NCBI GenBank assembly: GCA_012799645.1 | Contig: JAAZKV010000018.1 | Span: forward strand, 107,519-158,087 | Reading direction: 5' to 3' | Length of the DNA stretch: 50,569 nt | From: Candidatus Iainarchaeum sp. | GTDB taxonomy: Archaea; Iainarchaeota; Iainarchaeia; Iainarchaeales; JAAZKV01 | In this document: positions 48,412-50,569 of the stretch, piece after piece | Position numbering within the stretch: position 1 is the stretch's first letter | Layout: every line of letters starts with the position of its first letter | Translations under genes and position numbers: made by a program | The notes under the pieces: generated by a model | What the model was told of the DNA's origin: nothing | Database searches by the model: none | What the model saw: the letters and a program-made list of their open reading frames with translations, nothing else

Positions 48412-49206
48412 TTATATTAGTAGTGTTGTTATTAGTGTTGGGTGGGTTAGTGCTATTATTGTTCCTAAAAATATGAATGGCCCGAATTTTGGTAGGTTTC
48501 TTAACACAATTATTTCTTTGATTTTGTGTTTTTTTAGTATTGTTAGTTCTTTTTCTTCTACGAGTTCTTTTCCATTAACTAGGTTTAGTATTTTTTGCGG
48601 ATTGTTTTTTGATAATATTTCATCCTCTTCTGCGTTTTTTAGTTTTATTTTTTTTTCAAAAAAGTTTTCTTTTATTCCGTTTTGGAATGCTATAAAAATT
48701 ATTCCTAGTGTGATTGGTATTCCTAGAATTATTGTTGTTTCTATTTTTATCATTTTTAAGTTTAGTAAAATAGCGAAGTATCCGATTATTATTGTTGAAT
48801 AAATTATTGCTTTTTTTATTTCGTTTTTTTCTTTTTTTATTTTTCCTTTTTTTAAGTATTTTATAATATAGTATGTTGAGTAGAATGTCATTGATAGTAT
48901 TGACGCGGTGAATATTGTGGTAATAATGAATTCTGGATTGTTGTAGGGGTTTAGTAAACTAATTGCAGTGAATAATTTTACGTCCCCTCCCCCGATTTTT
49001 CCAAGTTTGTATCCTATTAGTAGTATTATGAATAGTGTTCCTGCGATTATTATGTTTGTTAGTTGTCCTTGGGTGATTGATAGTATTAGTCCTATTATTA
49101 TCATTGGGTAGGTTATCCAATCGTAGATGTATCCTGTTTTGGTATCAGTTATTGCTCCAATTAGTGTTCCAATTAATAGTATTCCTTGTTGTATTAGTGT
49201 TATCAT
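48412..49206 (-). CDS. Prepilin peptidase (A24, PibD/FlaK-like)
   Basis: AITDTKTGYIYD, IGGGDVKL, C-terminal LPKFGPFI; multiple TM helices. Confidence 0.9.
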   Translation of the reverse strand: MITLIQQGILLIGTLIGAITDTKTGYIYDWITYPMIIIGLILSITQGQLTNIIIAGTLFIILLIGYKLGKIGGGDVKLFTAISLLNPYNNPEFIITTIFTASILSMTFYSTYYIIKYLKKGKIKKEKNEIKKAIIYSTIIIGYFAILLNLKMIKIETTIILGIPITLGIIFIAFQNGIKENFFEKKIKLKNAEEDEILSKNNPQKILNLVNGKELVEEKELTILKKHKIKEIIVLRNLPKFGPFIFLGTIIALTHPTLITTLLI

Positions 49207-49248
49207 TGTAGTATTTTAGTGTTTTTTTGTTTTATTAATAGTTTTGTT

Positions 49249-49854
49249 TTAATATCCGCCCCGTTCGTGAATCATTTTTGCTCTTGCCAATCCTGATGTG
49301 GGTTTACTCCTCATTATTGCTAGGGTATATTCATTTATGATTTTAGTGTTTTTTTGGTTTTTCGGTACGCCCTTAAATACTTTGTTCATATTTTTTCGAA
49401 CTATTTCTTCATATTCCGCAGGAGTTACATTACTTGTTCTTCGTAGGGCTTCATATCTAGCAGATCTTTCAGCTTGTTCTAATTTAGAAAGAGGAATTCC
49501 AGTGGCCTTTATAACTCTCTTTCTATTTTTAATAACTGCTTCGCCGGATTTGATGTTTTGAAATTGATATGCATTCGCTTGATTTGCGTAGAAGTGCCTA
49601 TCCTCCGCCACTTTTAAAGCTATTTTTCTAGTTCCTTCTGGATTGGTTCCAAGTATTGGTCCCTTTTCAGGGTTAGCAATTAATCCATTCTTAAATAGCA
49701 TTCTAATTGTTTTTTTATTCAATTTTCTTTTTGGTTGTACTTTTTTGCCTTTTGTCCTCATTCTGATTAGCATTTCTTTTAGTTTAAATTTTCTTTTTGG
49801 ACTAGCGTTTTGTGGTTTTGGAGCTCTTGCTCTTGTTCTGTTTGGTATGCTCAT
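49249..49854 (-). CDS. Basic hypothetical protein
   Basis: 201-aa ORF with Pro/Arg/Lys-rich N-terminus; TATA-like TTTATAAG upstream. Confidence 0.7.
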   Translation of the reverse strand: MSIPNRTRARAPKPQNASPKRKFKLKEMLIRMRTKGKKVQPKRKLNKKTIRMLFKNGLIANPEKGPILGTNPEGTRKIALKVAEDRHFYANQANAYQFQNIKSGEAVIKNRKRVIKATGIPLSKLEQAERSARYEALRRTSNVTPAEYEEIVRKNMNKVFKGVPKNQKNTKIINEYTLAIMRSKPTSGLARAKMIHERGGY

Positions 49855-49895
49855 ATAGTAATTATAATTTTCGGGGCTTATAAATGTTTTGTTCG

Positions 49896-50569
49896 TTATT
49901 TTAGTCGGAATTTTTTCATTGCTTTTTTTCCTTGTATTTGTTTGAACATGTCCCCTATTCCTTTTTGTCCAAAGTTTTTGAGTGCTTTTTCGCTTTGTAT
50001 TCCTTTGAATTTTTTAAACATTTTTTTCATTTGTTTGAATTGTTTTATTAGTTCTCTTACTTCTTCAATGTTTTTTCCGCTTCCTTTTGCTATTCTTTCT
50101 ACTCTGCTTCTGTTCATTAGGTCAGGGTTTTTTCTTTCTTGTTCTGTCATTGAATCTATTATTATTTTGAATCCGTCCATTTTTTCTTGTCCTGTTTCCA
50201 TCATTTCTTTTGGTAGTTTCATTCCTAGTCCTAGCATGTCAGCTACTTTGTTTAGTGGTCCCATTTTTTTTGTTGCTTCTAGTTGTTGGTAGAATATTTT
50301 GAAGTTTATTTCTCCTTTCATTATTGCTTCTGTGTCAAGGTTTTCTATTTCTGCTTCTTTTGCTTTTTCTAGTAGTCCTTCTAGGTCTCCGTACCCCATT
50401 ATTCTTGATAGGTATCTGTTTGCATCAAATGCTTCGAATTCGTTTTGTTTTTCTCCTGTTGATATGAAGTATACGCTTGCTCCGGTTTCGTTGCACGCTA
50501 CTAGTGCTCCTCCTCCTTTGCTTGATCCGTCCATTCTTGTAATTATTACTCCGTTCACTCCTACTGCTT
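49896..50569 (-). CDS. srp54: Signal recognition particle protein SRP54, partial (5' end outside window)
   Basis: TRMDGSSKGGGAL, STGEK, RIMGYGDL, KKMGPL, IIDSMTEQER..SRVERIAKGSG M-domain. Confidence 0.96.
   Translation of the reverse strand, partial: AVGVNGVIITRMDGSSKGGGALVACNETGASVYFISTGEKQNEFEAFDANRYLSRIMGYGDLEGLLEKAKEAEIENLDTEAIMKGEINFKIFYQQLEATKKMGPLNKVADMLGLGMKLPKEMMETGQEKMDGFKIIIDSMTEQERKNPDLMNRSRVERIAKGSGKNIEEVRELIKQFKQMKKMFKKFKGIQSEKALKNFGQKGIGDMFKQIQGKKAMKKFRLK

Overview
AT-rich archaeal chromosomal segment, most consistent with a DPANN archaeon such as Iainarchaeota/Diapherotrites (inferred from radA, tfe, trm56, RPA, SRP54, archaeal SRP RNA, GGGP synthase and geranylgeranyl reductase, plus a bacterial-type long RelA/SpoT homolog, Tgt and GlyA). 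It holds about 45 CDS, 4 tRNAs, the SRP RNA and two LAGLIDADG inteins (RecJ/DHH and NrdD); I found no CRISPR array. The main unexplained structure is a strand-composition switch at about 22.7-24.9 kb: intergenic DNA is A/C-rich to the left and T/G-rich to the right, largely regardless of gene orientation, suggesting a replichore boundary with no cdc6/orc1 in the window. At the switch lie a ~91% AT spacer, a perfect 11-7-11 palindrome, a helically phased GTAATTAC array and a winged-helix protein with an N-terminal amphipathic helix, next to xerA and a CdpB-like PRC-barrel gene. Together these form a candidate origin- or terminus-organising, membrane-tethering system (inference). Other highlights: a split NrdD with a separately encoded 50-aa glycyl-radical peptide, a hydrolase-dead RelA-like enzyme divergent from an HPF-like gene, a 27-aa histone-H1-like microprotein, a structured radA leader, and a frameshifted LamG/beta-propeller surface protein.
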